DNA of 61,918 nt from a candidate division Zixibacteria bacterium SM1_73. GTDB taxonomy: Bacteria; Zixibacteria; MSB-5A5; SM1-73. The DNA is taken from the NCBI GenBank assembly GCA_001304225.1, contig LJVD01000004.1, positions 1 to 61,918 of the forward strand, written 5' to 3'. Each line of letters opens with the position of its first letter. The stretch's first letter is position 1. The position numbers and the translations under genes are program-made. Below are positions 9,740-20,035 of the stretch, one piece after another. The notes beneath the pieces are model-generated. The model ran no database searches and had not been told where the DNA came from. It saw nothing but the letters and a program-made list of their open reading frames with translations.

Positions 9740-10083
9740 TTTCATTGTCCACCTATACTGCCGGAGGCGGAAAGGGAAATTAAAATCCTCCTTTATCTTC
9801 CCTTGAAAAAGGGGGATCTTTGGATGATTCTCTTTCACAAAAGAGGGAGATCTCAAATAATTCCCTTTATGAAAAGGGGATTATAACTGTTGTAGCGGGT
9901 GCCCTTCCGCCGGACGCGAATCTGCCTCTGGCAGACACCCCGCAACGGAATGTTATAGATTTTCATTGACAAATCCGAAATTTGTTGTAACTTATGAAAA
10001 GAGAAGAACCAGGGGGATTCTTGTCGACAAATAGAAAGGTTTTTTAAATTCAAATCTCAAATCCTTAGGAGGTGAAATTCATC

Positions 10084-13059
10084 ATGCCAAAACTTAGATG
10101 GTTTTTTGCCATTCTTTTGATGGCCTCAGTCCTATTATTATCCCAAGCCGGATGGGCAGAGAATCTTGACCGGGACTGGCAGATAATCCAACAGAGATTG
10201 TCTGAAAGTGGTGCAGCCGGAGAGCAGGTAATTCCTGTGGTAAAAAGCGGGCTTAAAGACGGGGGAGATTTGTTATGGTGGTTTCAGGGAATCGAAAACG
10301 TGGAATGCGTCTCCCGGTTTGTGGACGTAGACGGGGATATGCTTCCAGACGTGCTGATTGAGACCTATGAGGCTGGAGCTCCAGAGCAAGATCACTTTTA
10401 TTGTATCAAAGGGAATAGCCCCGGCTATGGCACAGTCCTCTGGTCCTGTCGCCCTCCCGGAGGAGACAGCGACGGCGGCGGTTGGGGTGATCAATGCGTC
10501 TCCTACACAGAGGACCTCAACGGAGATGGCTATGCCGAAGCTTTGTTGGGAACCTCCTGGGGTGGAAGAACTGCCTACGCCATTGAGGGCGATTCAGGAT
10601 ACGTAGTTTGGTCCTATGATACATATGATAATCCTCCCTCTGGGTGGATTTACAGCATATGTTCCATAGAGGACCTAAATGAAGACGACATACCTGAGGT
10701 TCTTTTCGCCGCGGGCTCGGATGCGGACGCTGGTTATTGTGTGGATGGCACCAATGGAAATCTAATCTGGAAGTTTCAAGCTAATGATGCCGTCTTTGCC
10801 GCCGCGGAGATCCGGGATGTAAATGACGACGGATACAGTGATGCCTTATTCGGAACCGGAGACCCCTATGAAGACAGAATGGTCTGCGTTTCTGGTGCCA
10901 GTTCCGGCTCAGCCACTTTAGTCTGGCAACAGAGCTTTGGAGCTTCGGTCCATGACGTTGCTGCCATTGAGGACGTAAATGGAGACGGAATACAGGACGC
11001 TTTAGCCGGAGTGTGGGACGGAAAGGTGTATTGCAGAAGTGGAACCAACGGAGCACATATCTGGAGCCATTTAGTGGGAACATACGATTACATCATGAGA
11101 GTTGTCTCCATCGATGACGTAGATGACGATGGAATTCAGGACGTCTTAGTGGCGTCATGGGGAAACGCCATAGTCTGCCTAAGCGGAGTCAATGGAAATG
11201 TGGTCTGTCAATATCCCACAGGAGGAGATGTCTGGGCAGTGGATGGAGTGGATGACATAAATGGCGACGGTTATCCTGAGGCTGTGGGAGGATCATTTGA
11301 TTACAAGGTCTACTGTGTCGACCTAAGAGATTGCGACACCCTCTGGACCTACTATACGGGCAATAAGGTTCTTTCAGTGAGAGGTCTTCCGGATGTGGAC
11401 GGCAACACCACGCCGGATGTCCTGGCAGGAACCCAGATGCTGTCTGGTTCTGGTGGAAGAGCTTACTGTCTCTCTGGCGGTCTTCCACTGGATACTGTGC
11501 CCAACATTGTCTCCACCTCACCAGCACAGAATGAGCTGAATGTGCCCATTTCAACCAACATATCGGTGACTTTCGATATCGATATGGATGAAACCACTAT
11601 CAACGACTCTACTTTTGTGGTGAACGCATTGTCTACCGGACTTCACGAAGGGACAATCATTTACGACTACTTGACTAAAACTGCAACCTTGGATCCCGCA
11701 GGCGATTTCGATGAAGGTGAGATCGTAACCGTGGTTCTCACCACCGGAATAAAATCAACCTTCGGATGCCCCATGGAGAGCAGCTACGTTTGGTCCTTTA
11801 CCACCGAAGTTAACGACGAAAGTCCTGGCACTTTTGCCCCTGCAGTCAACTATGAAGTAGGTGAAGGTCCTTGGTCAATTTTTGCGGCCAATCTTGATTG
11901 GGATGGAGACATAGACATCGTGACCGCAAATTCTCATTCCAACAATGTCTCGGTTCTGCTGAACAATGGGGACGGGACCTTTGCCTCTCATTCGGACTAT
12001 CCAGTCGGTGAGGAGCCCTGGTCGGTCTTTGCTGCTGATCTTGACGGTGATGGATACTCTGACCTCATAACCGCAAATATGTATGACAGCGACATCTCGG
12101 TTTTACTGAACAATGGGGACGGGACCTTTGCTTCCCCATCGGTCTATCCAATCTATGATACCCCTGTCTCTGTATTTGCTGCCGATCTTGATGGTGACGG
12201 CGACCTGGACCTAACAACTGCAAACATATATTCCGACGATGTCTCAGTTTTATTCAACAATGGAAATGGCACCTTCGCCCCGCAATCCACATATCCAGTT
12301 GGTGACGGGACTATGCCTGCATCAGTCTTTGCGGCTGATCTTGATGGTGACGCCGATCTAGATCTTGCGACCTCTAATTATGGCTCCTATGATGTCGCAG
12401 TCCTTTTGAACAACGGGAACGGGACCTTTGGCTCCTCCACGCTCTATCCGGTGGGTGAGCTTCCTTTGTCAGTTTTTGCCGCTGATCTTGATGCTGACGG
12501 TCATCTTGACCTTGAAACTGCAAATTGTTATTCCAGCGATGTGTCGGTTCTATTGAACAATGGAGACGGCACCTTTGGCACACATACTGTATATCCGGCT
12601 GGCACTGGCCCCTGGTCGGTTTTTGCGGCAGACATTGACGGTGATGATGACCTCGACCTATCAGTTTCAAGCGAGTTCTCAAGCGATGTCACAGTTCTTC
12701 TGAATGACGGGAATGGTGTTTTCGACCCCGATTCGGTCTATCCAGTGGGTGATTATGCTTACTCAGTCTTTGCTGCTGATCTTGATGGTGACGGTGACCT
12801 TGACTTAGCGACTGCAGCCTACGGTGCTGATAGTGTCTCCGTTCTTCGGAACTGTCTTCCCGCTGGTGACTGCAACGGGGATGATGTGATCAATTCGGCT
12901 GACGTGGTTTATCTGATAAATTACCTCTTCAAAGGAGGACCTGCACCTGAGCCTCTGGGTGCTGGTGACGTCAACTGTGACGGGATAATCAATAGTGCTG
13001 ATGTGGTATATCTAATCAACCATTTATTTAAAGGAGGACCGCCACCGGGCTGCTGTTAG
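10084..13059 (+). CDS. secreted FG-GAP/VCBS-repeat protein with Ig-like domain and C-terminal double dockerin-like module
   Basis: Signal peptide. Repeated VFAADLDGDGDLDL and NNGDGTF units. Tail GDCNGDDVINSADVVYLINYLFKGGP repeated twice. I prefer the ATG at 10084 because AGGAGG lies at 10067-10072; the ORF-track GTG at 10072 overlaps that RBS. Confidence 0.8.
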   Translation: MPKLRWFFAILLMASVLLLSQAGWAENLDRDWQIIQQRLSESGAAGEQVIPVVKSGLKDGGDLLWWFQGIENVECVSRFVDVDGDMLPDVLIETYEAGAPEQDHFYCIKGNSPGYGTVLWSCRPPGGDSDGGGWGDQCVSYTEDLNGDGYAEALLGTSWGGRTAYAIEGDSGYVVWSYDTYDNPPSGWIYSICSIEDLNEDDIPEVLFAAGSDADAGYCVDGTNGNLIWKFQANDAVFAAAEIRDVNDDGYSDALFGTGDPYEDRMVCVSGASSGSATLVWQQSFGASVHDVAAIEDVNGDGIQDALAGVWDGKVYCRSGTNGAHIWSHLVGTYDYIMRVVSIDDVDDDGIQDVLVASWGNAIVCLSGVNGNVVCQYPTGGDVWAVDGVDDINGDGYPEAVGGSFDYKVYCVDLRDCDTLWTYYTGNKVLSVRGLPDVDGNTTPDVLAGTQMLSGSGGRAYCLSGGLPLDTVPNIVSTSPAQNELNVPISTNISVTFDIDMDETTINDSTFVVNALSTGLHEGTIIYDYLTKTATLDPAGDFDEGEIVTVVLTTGIKSTFGCPMESSYVWSFTTEVNDESPGTFAPAVNYEVGEGPWSIFAANLDWDGDIDIVTANSHSNNVSVLLNNGDGTFASHSDYPVGEEPWSVFAADLDGDGYSDLITANMYDSDISVLLNNGDGTFASPSVYPIYDTPVSVFAADLDGDGDLDLTTANIYSDDVSVLFNNGNGTFAPQSTYPVGDGTMPASVFAADLDGDADLDLATSNYGSYDVAVLLNNGNGTFGSSTLYPVGELPLSVFAADLDADGHLDLETANCYSSDVSVLLNNGDGTFGTHTVYPAGTGPWSVFAADIDGDDDLDLSVSSEFSSDVTVLLNDGNGVFDPDSVYPVGDYAYSVFAADLDGDGDLDLATAAYGADSVSVLRNCLPAGDCNGDDVINSADVVYLINYLFKGGPAPEPLGAGDVNCDGIINSADVVYLINHLFKGGPPPGCC

Positions 13060-13170
13060 TTTCAAGATGCTGGGGCGGGGGGTGGAAGGGCGTATTGAAA
13101 AAGTATTACTTTGGGGCAGGATGAACTCCCGCCCCTATGTACAACAACGACTTATCAACAAGAGGGCAGG

Positions 13171-13270
13171 GTTCATCCTGCCCTTCGGTCTTGCCTCGCA
13201 CTGATCCCGCCTTTGGCGGGAGAAGTGAGACCTCAGGGTCGAAGAAAAGAGATTCACCCTGAAGGACATT
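13171..13270 (+). repeat. ~100-bp intergenic repeat, copy B
   Basis: See copy A at 5752-5851. Confidence 0.8.
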
Positions 13271-13413
13271 CAGTCCTGCCAATAGAGTTTTCTAACCGTC
13301 CCTTGAATTCCTGTCCTACTAAGCGGAAATCCCCCGCCAAGGGCGGGGGGCTTTGCACCAAATGCCTGAGTCGAGCAAGCCTTGAACCGTATGGTTCAGG
13401 GCAAGCTCGACCA

Positions 13414-14394
13414 CTACAATTCAGCTTCTTTCTCGGTCGAAGTGACCTCAAACTCAGATTGAGAAGAAGTGGATTCCACTTGCTCCAGCTTATCCTTGAA
13501 CAATTCAAGCTTTCGGTCTGCAAAATCATAACATCTTGTAGCATTATGTAAGTGCGTCCCTATCAGGCGAAAATCATTTTTGAATCTGGAAAAATCCCCT
13601 CGCAGGCTCTCTAAAGTGGCAATGATCTGTTGAGCGCTTCTCTCTATTTCCAAACCTTTCAATCCGAAAAGTATGGTCTGAAGGTAGGCATAGAATGTAT
13701 TAGGAGAAACCGGAATTACCCTTTTTTCCATAGAATAATCGACAATGCTTTTTTCCTCTGGCGTGGCATCCGTTTTTACCATGATCTCATAATAAACATT
13801 TTCAGCCGGTATGTACATGAGGGCGAAGTTATACGTTCCTTCATCCGGCAAAATATATTTTCTGGCAATTGAGTCGATGTGAACCTTCACATCCCTTTCA
13901 AATTTTTTTCTAAAGAAGCGTTTATCCTGATCGCTTTTTGCTTCCAACAGTTTTCTGAAATTCTCCAAAGGAAATTTGGAATCGACGGGGACCAGCCTTT
14001 TTCCCAAATGAACGATCGCATCCACCCTCTCTCCGGATTTGAACTGATAAGATAAAGAGAAGTGCCTTTCTGGGAGAATCTGACCCAGAAGGTCAGAAAG
14101 GAGAAACTCGCCGATTCCGCCTCTTAGTTTGGGAGCTCGTAAGATATCTTGTAAGGTGGAGATGTCTTTACCTATCTCATATATTCTTTTGTTCGATTCC
14201 TCCAGACGAACCAGATCCTTCTGGACATCGCTTACTGCTTTGCTGGTCGCCTCGAATCGCTGAGAAAGGATTTGATCTGTATTCTCCAGGTTTTTTTGCA
14301 GTTGCTCCCTTACGTCAGTTAACTGCTTTTGCATCAGGATGAAAAGGAGAATCAGAATGATTATAACCGAACTTCCAAAGATCAAATATTCCAT
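13414..14394 (-). CDS. rmuC: DNA recombination protein RmuC
   Basis: N-terminal TM helix, a coiled coil, then an RmuC nuclease-like core (VDAIVHLGKRLVPVDSKFPLENF). Confidence 0.85.
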   Translation of the reverse strand: MEYLIFGSSVIIILILLFILMQKQLTDVREQLQKNLENTDQILSQRFEATSKAVSDVQKDLVRLEESNKRIYEIGKDISTLQDILRAPKLRGGIGEFLLSDLLGQILPERHFSLSYQFKSGERVDAIVHLGKRLVPVDSKFPLENFRKLLEAKSDQDKRFFRKKFERDVKVHIDSIARKYILPDEGTYNFALMYIPAENVYYEIMVKTDATPEEKSIVDYSMEKRVIPVSPNTFYAYLQTILFGLKGLEIERSAQQIIATLESLRGDFSRFKNDFRLIGTHLHNATRCYDFADRKLELFKDKLEQVESTSSQSEFEVTSTEKEAEL

Positions 14395-14519
14395 AGAAGC
14401 GTTTTGTCCTGGTAAGTGTTTATATTAATGAACAAGTCGTGGCGGAATACCCTTCGTAGTGAACCCTTAGGGCAAGCCTTACCCCGCCACACTTGTGGTG
14501 AGTTTATCGAACCATGATA

Positions 14520-14550
14520 GGTCGAGGGTAAGGGTACTCTCGACCAACAA
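14520..14550 (+). repeat. REP-like hairpin, family H
   Basis: ggtcgagggtaagggtactctcgaccaacaa. Related copies lie at 37903, 50974 and 58645. Confidence 0.7.
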
Positions 14551-14559
14551 GTAATTTGT

Positions 14560-15582
14560 CTAAGGGTAACTTCTACCTTTAATTCTTGCGCTTTCAAGTT
14601 GCCAAGATTCCCACACCTTTGGGCCCTCCGATTTCACCAATCCGACATCTTCAGCATACCATTGATGACTCGTGCCATTATATTTTTCCATGTTTCCTAT
14701 CCATCCAGAAGCGAAGGTTTTGAATTTAAGACAACCTTGAAAAGTCCCGGCCGGAACGGTGACATTCTCGACTCCTTCAAGAATTGAAATCCAGGTATAG
14801 ATGCCGGAAATTCCATCTTCATCATAACATGTGTCCGCATTCACTACCGAGTTACCGGGTTTCATGTTCGGCTCAGCGATGATAATAGGTTCATGATCCT
14901 TTAAATCGTCCTGCCGAGAGGGAAACCAAACGTCAGTATGCCAGTGCCACCTTAACCCTAAGCTATCATTGGAGAAACCATCATCTGTATAACGATCCAC
15001 AAAATCCCCACCTGATCCAAGGAAACGCGAACGTCGATTAAAAATCATGCTCCCGTCTGGAGAGACAGAAATCGCTGTACCCGTCCGTGCCTTTAACCGG
15101 CCAGTATGAGGATTTTGAACCCAATTCCAACTGCCGTTGCCATCTAAATCCGTAAAAAACTCCCCTTCATCATATTGCCCGTTGGGAGGATCATATTCAC
15201 CATTGCCATTTCTATCCTCATACGGGACCCCCGGCGTCCAAGGATCATTTGGTCCATCGTATTTACCATTTTGATTCAGGTCCATTGTAGCATCAAAGAA
15301 ATCTCCCTCATCGTAGATTCCGTTTTTGTTCATATCGATAAAAGGCTCTCCCAAATTAATATCTCCATCTACAAAAGGTTCTCGAATGCCATACCATAGA
15401 ACAGCTACCTCCCAGATCCACTCATCTCCCTCATTCAAAGGGAAATAGTCCTTCATAAGATATACCGTAGGTTGAGCAGGACCGGTAGTCTTCTTGGTAC
15501 TGCAGCTGCTGACTAAACAGAACAGGATTAAAATCGAAGCCCAAAGTATCTTTTCTCGAAATAACCTCTTCGTTTCTATCAC
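14560..15582 (-). CDS. lipoprotein with thrombospondin-type-3-like Ca-binding repeats
   Basis: Lipobox LVSSC. Repeated DxNxNGxYDxxD units (DMNKNGIYDEGD, DLNQNGKYDGPND, DRNGNGEYDPPN, DLDGNGSWN). Confidence 0.55.
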   Translation of the reverse strand: MIETKRLFREKILWASILILFCLVSSCSTKKTTGPAQPTVYLMKDYFPLNEGDEWIWEVAVLWYGIREPFVDGDINLGEPFIDMNKNGIYDEGDFFDATMDLNQNGKYDGPNDPWTPGVPYEDRNGNGEYDPPNGQYDEGEFFTDLDGNGSWNWVQNPHTGRLKARTGTAISVSPDGSMIFNRRSRFLGSGGDFVDRYTDDGFSNDSLGLRWHWHTDVWFPSRQDDLKDHEPIIIAEPNMKPGNSVVNADTCYDEDGISGIYTWISILEGVENVTVPAGTFQGCLKFKTFASGWIGNMEKYNGTSHQWYAEDVGLVKSEGPKVWESWQLESARIKGRSYP

Positions 15583-15777
15583 CCGCTTAGCAGTATATCA
15601 ATTATATCGTATGAGAATCATAGATTAGATATGTCGAAAGACCTTGCTCTTCGGGGATGTTATCCCAGACGGGTCTCCGTCATCCCCGAATTTTCCCCTG
15701 TGGATGATAACATCCACAGGGAGCTTTAGAAATGTTGCAGGGCAAGGAACCCCACAACAACTACTAACATATCCTAT

Positions 15778-16548
15778 TTACTTGCTTTCACCTTCGCTCT
15801 CTTTATACTTCCTTAGGAAAGGTGCGAACAGGTCGATGGGAACCGGGAAGATGGTGGTTGAGTTCTTCTCCGTTGCCACCTCCGCGAGGGTAGAGAGGAA
15901 CCTCAACTGAATTCCCACCGGTGTTTTGCCGATCACTTCTGCGGCAGCGGCCAGCTTCTCCGACGCCTGGTACTCTCCTTCCGCATGGATGACCTTGGCT
16001 CTTCTTTCTCTCTCCGCCTCCGCCTGCCGGGCGATGGCTCTTCGCATCTCCTCAGGAAGATCCACATTTTTCACCTCAACCACCGACACCTTGATTCCCC
16101 AGGGCTCGGTCTGATCGTCAATGATCTTTGCAAGTTGCTGGTTGATCTTTTCCCGCTCGCCTAAGAGCTCATCTAACTCCACCTGCCCCAAGACGCTTCT
16201 TAATGTGGTCTGGGAGATCATGGAGGTGGCATAGAGAAAGTCTTCCACCGCTACGATGGCTTTGTTGGCGTCCATCACCCTGAAGTATATCACCGCATTT
16301 ACTTTGACCGAGACGTTATCCCGAGTGATCACATCCTGAGCCGGCACGTCCATGGTCACCACCCTCAGGCTTACCCTCACCATCCTGTCCACAATCGGAA
16401 TCAAAAGTATCAAGCCCGGACCCTTCGCTCCTATCAACCGACCTAATCTGAATATTACCCCCCTTTCATACTCCCTTAAGATCCTGATGGCATTAGCCAA
16501 GATGAAAAGTCCAATGATGACAAGGGTCAATATACCTGCTGGAGCCAT
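15778..16548 (-). CDS. SPFH/band-7 stomatin-like protein
   Basis: N-terminal TM helix followed by [12 protein letters not shown] and a PHB domain. It sits directly downstream of nfeD. Confidence 0.9.
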   Translation of the reverse strand: MAPAGILTLVIIGLFILANAIRILREYERGVIFRLGRLIGAKGPGLILLIPIVDRMVRVSLRVVTMDVPAQDVITRDNVSVKVNAVIYFRVMDANKAIVAVEDFLYATSMISQTTLRSVLGQVELDELLGEREKINQQLAKIIDDQTEPWGIKVSVVEVKNVDLPEEMRRAIARQAEAERERRAKVIHAEGEYQASEKLAAAAEVIGKTPVGIQLRFLSTLAEVATEKNSTTIFPVPIDLFAPFLRKYKESEGESK

Positions 16549-16591
16549 AAATACCTCCTTCTTAATATGGTGAATTTATGGTTCGCCAAGC

Positions 16592-17890
16592 TCACCATGT
16601 TATCGAACCATCACTTTTTTTGGTTACTTTCAAGGTTAAGCGATCCACTTCTTTCACCACCACCTTCTCCCCTTCTTCTATGGGCTCATCTGCGATAGCT
16701 TTCCAGAGCTCCCCATGAATAAAAACAGATCCTTCGGGTTTTAAAGGAGATTTTGCTACCCCAACTTCACCCACCATCCCTCTTTTCCCGGTAGCGGCTT
16801 TTCTCCTTTGAGCTTTCAATCCAAACCCCACTGCAAAAATGAAGAAAGCTGCCATGCCAACAACCACGAATATTATTATGGACAAGGATGCCCGCATGTA
16901 AGGCAAGGGTGACTCAAAGAGCATTAACGAACCCAAAAATAGAGACACTATTCCTCCTATGGTTAAAGCACCGTAACTTGTAACCTTTACCTCCAAGATA
17001 AAGAATATTACAGCCAAAGCCATCAAAAGCAGGCCAGCATAATTTATGGGCAAACTCTGAAACGCAAAAAATCCCAAGATCAAACAGATGCCCCCGATGA
17101 TTCCGGGAAAGATAGCTCCTGGATTGGACAATTCAAAGAATATGCCCAACATTCCTATGCTGAAGAGAATATAGGCAATATTGGGATTGGAGATAACTTC
17201 CAATACTCGGTCTCGCCAGCTTATCTCTATCCTTTTCAGCTCCACCCCCTTGGTATTAAGTGTTCTCTCACCAGATGGGAGGGAAACTTTACGGCCGTCA
17301 CAACTGTCCAGAAGCTCTCGCACGTTGTCTGCCACAAGATCGATCACCTTCAGCTCTAAAGCCTCATATTCGGTCACTGAAACGCTTTTTCTTACTGCAT
17401 CTTCTGCCCATTCAGCGTTTTTGCCTCTGCGGGTGGCGATGCTTTTTATATAAGCGGCCGCATCATTTTCGACCTTTTCCATCATGGTGGAGTCTATTTC
17501 CCCTCCCATGCTGACCGGATGAGCCGCACCTATGTTTGTCCCTGGAGCCATGGCAGCGACATGTGCGCTTAAAGTGATGAAAACTCCGGCAGATGCTGCC
17601 CGAGACCCACTGGGAGAGACATACACGATCACCGGTACCTGTGAGTTCAAGATATCCTTGGTCACCAACCTCATGGATTCATCTAATCCCCCTGGGGTAT
17701 TGAGCTCTATTATCAGAGCCTCGGAGCCGTCCTCTATGGACGATTCGATGGCTTTCAGGATAATGCGCGCAGAGATAGGTCCGATGGGACCATCAATTCT
17801 TACCAGCGAGACATGACTTTGTTGAGCAAAAAGAAGGCTAACCCAAGAAAGGAAAAGAAGAGCAAGACAAACAAGGACTCTCTTTTTCAT
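16592..17890 (-). CDS. NfeD-family membrane-bound ClpP-class serine protease
   Basis: Signal peptide, a ClpP-like domain (GSRAASAGVFI), a multi-TM block, and a C-terminal NfeD OB domain. NfeD-stomatin is an established operon. Confidence 0.85.
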   Translation of the reverse strand: MKKRVLVCLALLFLSWVSLLFAQQSHVSLVRIDGPIGPISARIILKAIESSIEDGSEALIIELNTPGGLDESMRLVTKDILNSQVPVIVYVSPSGSRAASAGVFITLSAHVAAMAPGTNIGAAHPVSMGGEIDSTMMEKVENDAAAYIKSIATRRGKNAEWAEDAVRKSVSVTEYEALELKVIDLVADNVRELLDSCDGRKVSLPSGERTLNTKGVELKRIEISWRDRVLEVISNPNIAYILFSIGMLGIFFELSNPGAIFPGIIGGICLILGFFAFQSLPINYAGLLLMALAVIFFILEVKVTSYGALTIGGIVSLFLGSLMLFESPLPYMRASLSIIIFVVVGMAAFFIFAVGFGLKAQRRKAATGKRGMVGEVGVAKSPLKPEGSVFIHGELWKAIADEPIEEGEKVVVKEVDRLTLKVTKKSDGSITW

Positions 17891-18002
17891 AAATGCCCGA
17901 TCCTTAGAAATTGAAAATTTACTAATTTTAGAATCACAACCTTAAGATAGCCAAGTAGGGGAAAGAAAGCAACAAAAATTATTAATAAAATATTGGGTGT
18001 CG

Positions 18003-18115
18003 CGGAAGGTTTCGGCCTTCCATTGTGGAAAATGGAAACTCGCCAAGCTCAGGGTGCTGAGCAAAGTCGAAGCACAAGCTCAGGACAAAAAAGGTTTCCT
18101 CTACATGTCGAACAG
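18003..18115 (+). repeat. double-hairpin repeat (family D) carrying a ~60-nt nested insertion
   Basis: gcggaaggtttcggccttccattgtggaaa [60-nt insert] aggtttcctctacat. Compare the copies at 58574-58630 and 61466-61513. Confidence 0.7.
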
Positions 18116-19827
18116 CCTCGTACCTCAGGTGCCCTGCGCACCTGATATATTAATAGTATCAGGAGCTCGGGGCTCCTGACCCATTTGCCTCCTACGATCG
18201 TGGATTCGATTTTTGTGTCTAATATCTCGTCTGGATTTATCTCAAAGATGTCTTTGGATAAAACCATCATATCTGCCAATTTCCCGGTCTGGATTGATCC
18301 TTTGATTTTCTCCTCATAGGAGGCGTAGCTTGCTCCCTGGGTAAATGCAAAGACGGCTTCTGGAACGCTCAAGCATTCTTGGGGATACCAGGCTCTTCTT
18401 CTTTGGCCTTCTTTTCCCATGGGTCCTGCGGACTTTCGGGTCACTGCCGCATGGATTATTCTTAACGCATCCATGGTCTCGATGGGCAGATCTGAACCAA
18501 AAACGAGCTTGGTTTGATGGTTCAATAAGCTCTTATAGGGATAACGAAAGCCCTCTCTTTTCCCCCAGTATTTATCTACTATGTCCCGATCCGATGGAGC
18601 ATGATATGGCTGAACAGATGCGATCACCCCTGATTTGCTGAACCTTTCCATATCTTGAGGAGAGATCAGTTGGGCATGTTCAACACGATGGCGGAGCTTT
18701 TTGTTTTGTGTTGAGCTTTCAATAGCATTTAGGGCCTGATGGACCGCTCTGTCACCGATGGCATGAATGGCAACACCTATTCCAGCTTGAGATGCTTTTC
18801 TCACCGCTTGGGTTAATTCCTCTTGCGAAGTGACCTGTATGCCAAAGTTATCCTCTGAGTTTTCATACGGCTCAAACATTAAAGCGGTCTGTGAACCCAA
18901 CGCGCCATCACTGTAAAGCTTCAGCCCGCCGAACCGGATATTCTCGTCGCCAAAGCCAGACTGCAACCCTAAACTTATAGCAGAATCCAAATCCTCTTTG
19001 GAAATCCAAAAGCAAACTCTTAAGGAAAGCTCCTCATCCTTCAAAAACTTCTGGAAAAAGAAAACCGCCTTTTGTTCTTCAAGATTATGAATTCCAGTCA
19101 ATCCAAAGCTATTAGCTTTCTTCATCGCCTCCTTGAGGAGCCTTTTGGATTTTTCAGGAGAAGGTGAGGGGACTTTTTCCCATATCAACTCACAAGCCTC
19201 TTCTTTGAGTATCCCTGTTGGCTCGCCACAGGTGGGATGGCGATCTATTTTGCCGCCCTGAGGGTCTTTTTTATATTTGTCAATTCCGGCCAACTTCAAA
19301 GCCAAGGAATTCACCCACAAAAGATGATGATCCTTACTTCTGAGCGCTGCCGGATTCTCAGGACAGATTTTGTCTAAAATTTCTTTAGTAAAATTTCCCT
19401 CCTCTTTTAGAATGTTTTTATCCCACCCTCTGCCTACAAGCCACTCTTTGGGTCTTAATTTTTTGGCAAAGATTTTGATCTGCCATAAAATGTGATCAAA
19501 GGACTTTATCTGATCAAGATTGACTTGATTGAGACTCAATGCGAAAGAGAGAAAATGGGTATGGCAGTCGATGAATCCCGGAACGACTGTTTTTCCTCGA
19601 AGATTTATAACCTTGAAGTTGCTCTTTCCCAGATTTTCAACATCTGAGGTTTTGCCCACGCCTATTATTTTGGAATCCCTCACTGCCACTGCCTCAGCTT
19701 GAGGCTGTTTGGGATTCATGGTGTAAATCTTTCCGTTCAACAACATCAAATCTTTCATATGATTTCTTATGCTTTGATTTCTCTCAAAAGATGGCCGAAA
19801 GCCTTTGCAATAATTCTTGTTTGTCAT
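18049..19827 (-). CDS. amidohydrolase-3 (YtcJ-like) metal-dependent hydrolase
   Basis: VVPGFIDCHTHF and later HAIGD/VEHAQ motifs. The true start is probably the internal MKDLMLLNGKIY. The last ~40 aa are read out of repeat family D. Confidence 0.75.
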   Translation of the reverse strand: MTNKNYCKGFRPSFERNQSIRNHMKDLMLLNGKIYTMNPKQPQAEAVAVRDSKIIGVGKTSDVENLGKSNFKVINLRGKTVVPGFIDCHTHFLSFALSLNQVNLDQIKSFDHILWQIKIFAKKLRPKEWLVGRGWDKNILKEEGNFTKEILDKICPENPAALRSKDHHLLWVNSLALKLAGIDKYKKDPQGGKIDRHPTCGEPTGILKEEACELIWEKVPSPSPEKSKRLLKEAMKKANSFGLTGIHNLEEQKAVFFFQKFLKDEELSLRVCFWISKEDLDSAISLGLQSGFGDENIRFGGLKLYSDGALGSQTALMFEPYENSEDNFGIQVTSQEELTQAVRKASQAGIGVAIHAIGDRAVHQALNAIESSTQNKKLRHRVEHAQLISPQDMERFSKSGVIASVQPYHAPSDRDIVDKYWGKREGFRYPYKSLLNHQTKLVFGSDLPIETMDALRIIHAAVTRKSAGPMGKEGQRRRAWYPQECLSVPEAVFAFTQGASYASYEEKIKGSIQTGKLADMMVLSKDIFEINPDEILDTKIESTIVGGKWVRSPELLILLIYQVRRAPEVRGCSTCRGNLFCPELVLRLCSAP

Positions 19828-20035
19828 TTTGAACTAAGCCTTTCAGCACTCGTCACCCTGAGCGAAGCGAAGGGTCTGGGGTGCCTCAGGGTAAACTCCG
19901 CGGATTGAAGAATCTCGGCTTGGTGTGATTTGGGAGATGACATTCTTTTCCATACGGTCCGGGATAACAATTCTTGTTCCACTTACCTTCCAAACAGATT
20001 AACCAGATTTACCAGATAATATCTGTTTAATCTTC

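Noticed and set aside
13111-13551. 146-aa plus-strand ORF, plus the 96-aa minus-strand ORF at 13254-13544.
   Set aside because: They translate the REP-rich spacer and the 3' end of rmuC. The shared peptide HPALRSCLALIPPLAGEVRP is simply the ~100-bp repeat read in frame.
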